This document shows, in pieces, positions 26,303 through 26,614 of a stretch of 26,614 nucleotides of DNA. The notes under the pieces are model-generated. The model searched no databases. It had not been told where the DNA came from and was given only the letters and a program-made list of their open reading frames with translations. Position numbers and translations under genes: made by a program. How positions within the stretch are numbered: position 1 is the stretch's first letter; each line of letters begins with the position of its first letter. Source of the DNA: a virus (taxonomy: Duplodnaviria; Caudoviricetes); IMG/VR virus record IMGVR_UViG_3300020045_008993, positions 1 through 26,614 of that record, one strand, 5' to 3'.

Positions 26303-26613
26303 TCCCAATCGTCCCCATATTTATTTCCATCGAAGCCACGTTTTAAATCAAATCTATCTAACTCTTTCAATTTTTCATCATCATTAAAATCTAACTCAAG
26401 TCTTTTTCGGCTACTAAGGGTAAAGCCAAAATCTCTACTTATCATTGGAATTGTTTTTTCCAATGATGTTAATCGCTTTGCTACTTTTTCGCTAACGTGT
26501 TCAATTCCTCCGGCTCGGATTGTTTTTTCTTTTAACTGTACCCACTCCTCATACGATGCGGCGAGAATAACTAATGAAGATTCATCGAGTGAGCTGTAAT
26601 TTAATCCTAATTC
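26299..26613 (-). CDS. terS: Terminase small subunit, P27-like (5' end outside window)
   Basis: Open frame ELGLNYSSLDESSLVILAASYEEW...DFGFTLSSRKRL...DDWE*; FGxTxSSR motif; stop overlaps the terL start. Confidence 0.78.
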   Translation of the reverse strand, partial: ELGLNYSSLDESSLVILAASYEEWVQLKEKTIRAGGIEHVSEKVAKRLTSLEKTIPMISRDFGFTLSSRKRLELDFNDDEKLKELDRFDLKRGFDGNKYGDDWE

Positions 26614-26614
26614 T

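Larger units (their letters stand above)
1..26614. mobile_element. Temperate HK97-like siphovirus genome segment (probably excised/attP configuration)
   Basis: Continuous phage gene set: integrase, terminases, portal, protease, HK97 capsid, head-tail genes, tail tube, tape measure, lysis genes. No host housekeeping genes on either side of the integrase. Confidence 0.95.

Noticed and set aside
14785-26599. Numerous + strand ORFs opposite structural genes (e.g. 16981..17520, 23384..23842, 26258..26599)
   Set aside because: Antisense shadows of well-supported minus-strand genes with no recognisable motifs.

Overview
The whole window is part of a temperate, HK97-like long-tailed (siphovirus-type) phage genome with two convergent arms. 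The + arm (1-5838) carries early/accessory genes (C5 DNA methyltransferase, ASCH-like protein, small hypotheticals), a probable excisionase and a tyrosine integrase. A non-coding AT-rich stretch with integrase arm-type repeats follows (about 5815-6022) and looks like an intact attP. The - arm runs from the window end as terminase small/large, portal, protease, major capsid, head-tail and tail genes (with a -1 frameshifted tail chaperone), tape measure, a carbohydrate-binding tail-tip protein and a tail fibre/adhesin, then a lysis cassette. The most notable system is a complete diversity-generating retroelement (target-VR / avd / TR / RT) acting on the C-terminus of the tail adhesin: TR and VR align over 114 bp with 19 mismatches, all at TR adenines. 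Other points of interest are a duplicated ~75-bp late-region element with an inverted palindromic core, a spanin pair split by an extra gene, a probable moron with an ATA start, and a C-rich/G-quadruplex-like spacer. A Campylobacterota-like host is only a tentative inference from AT content, promoter style and integrase appearance. All protein family calls come from motif recognition by eye; no database search was run.
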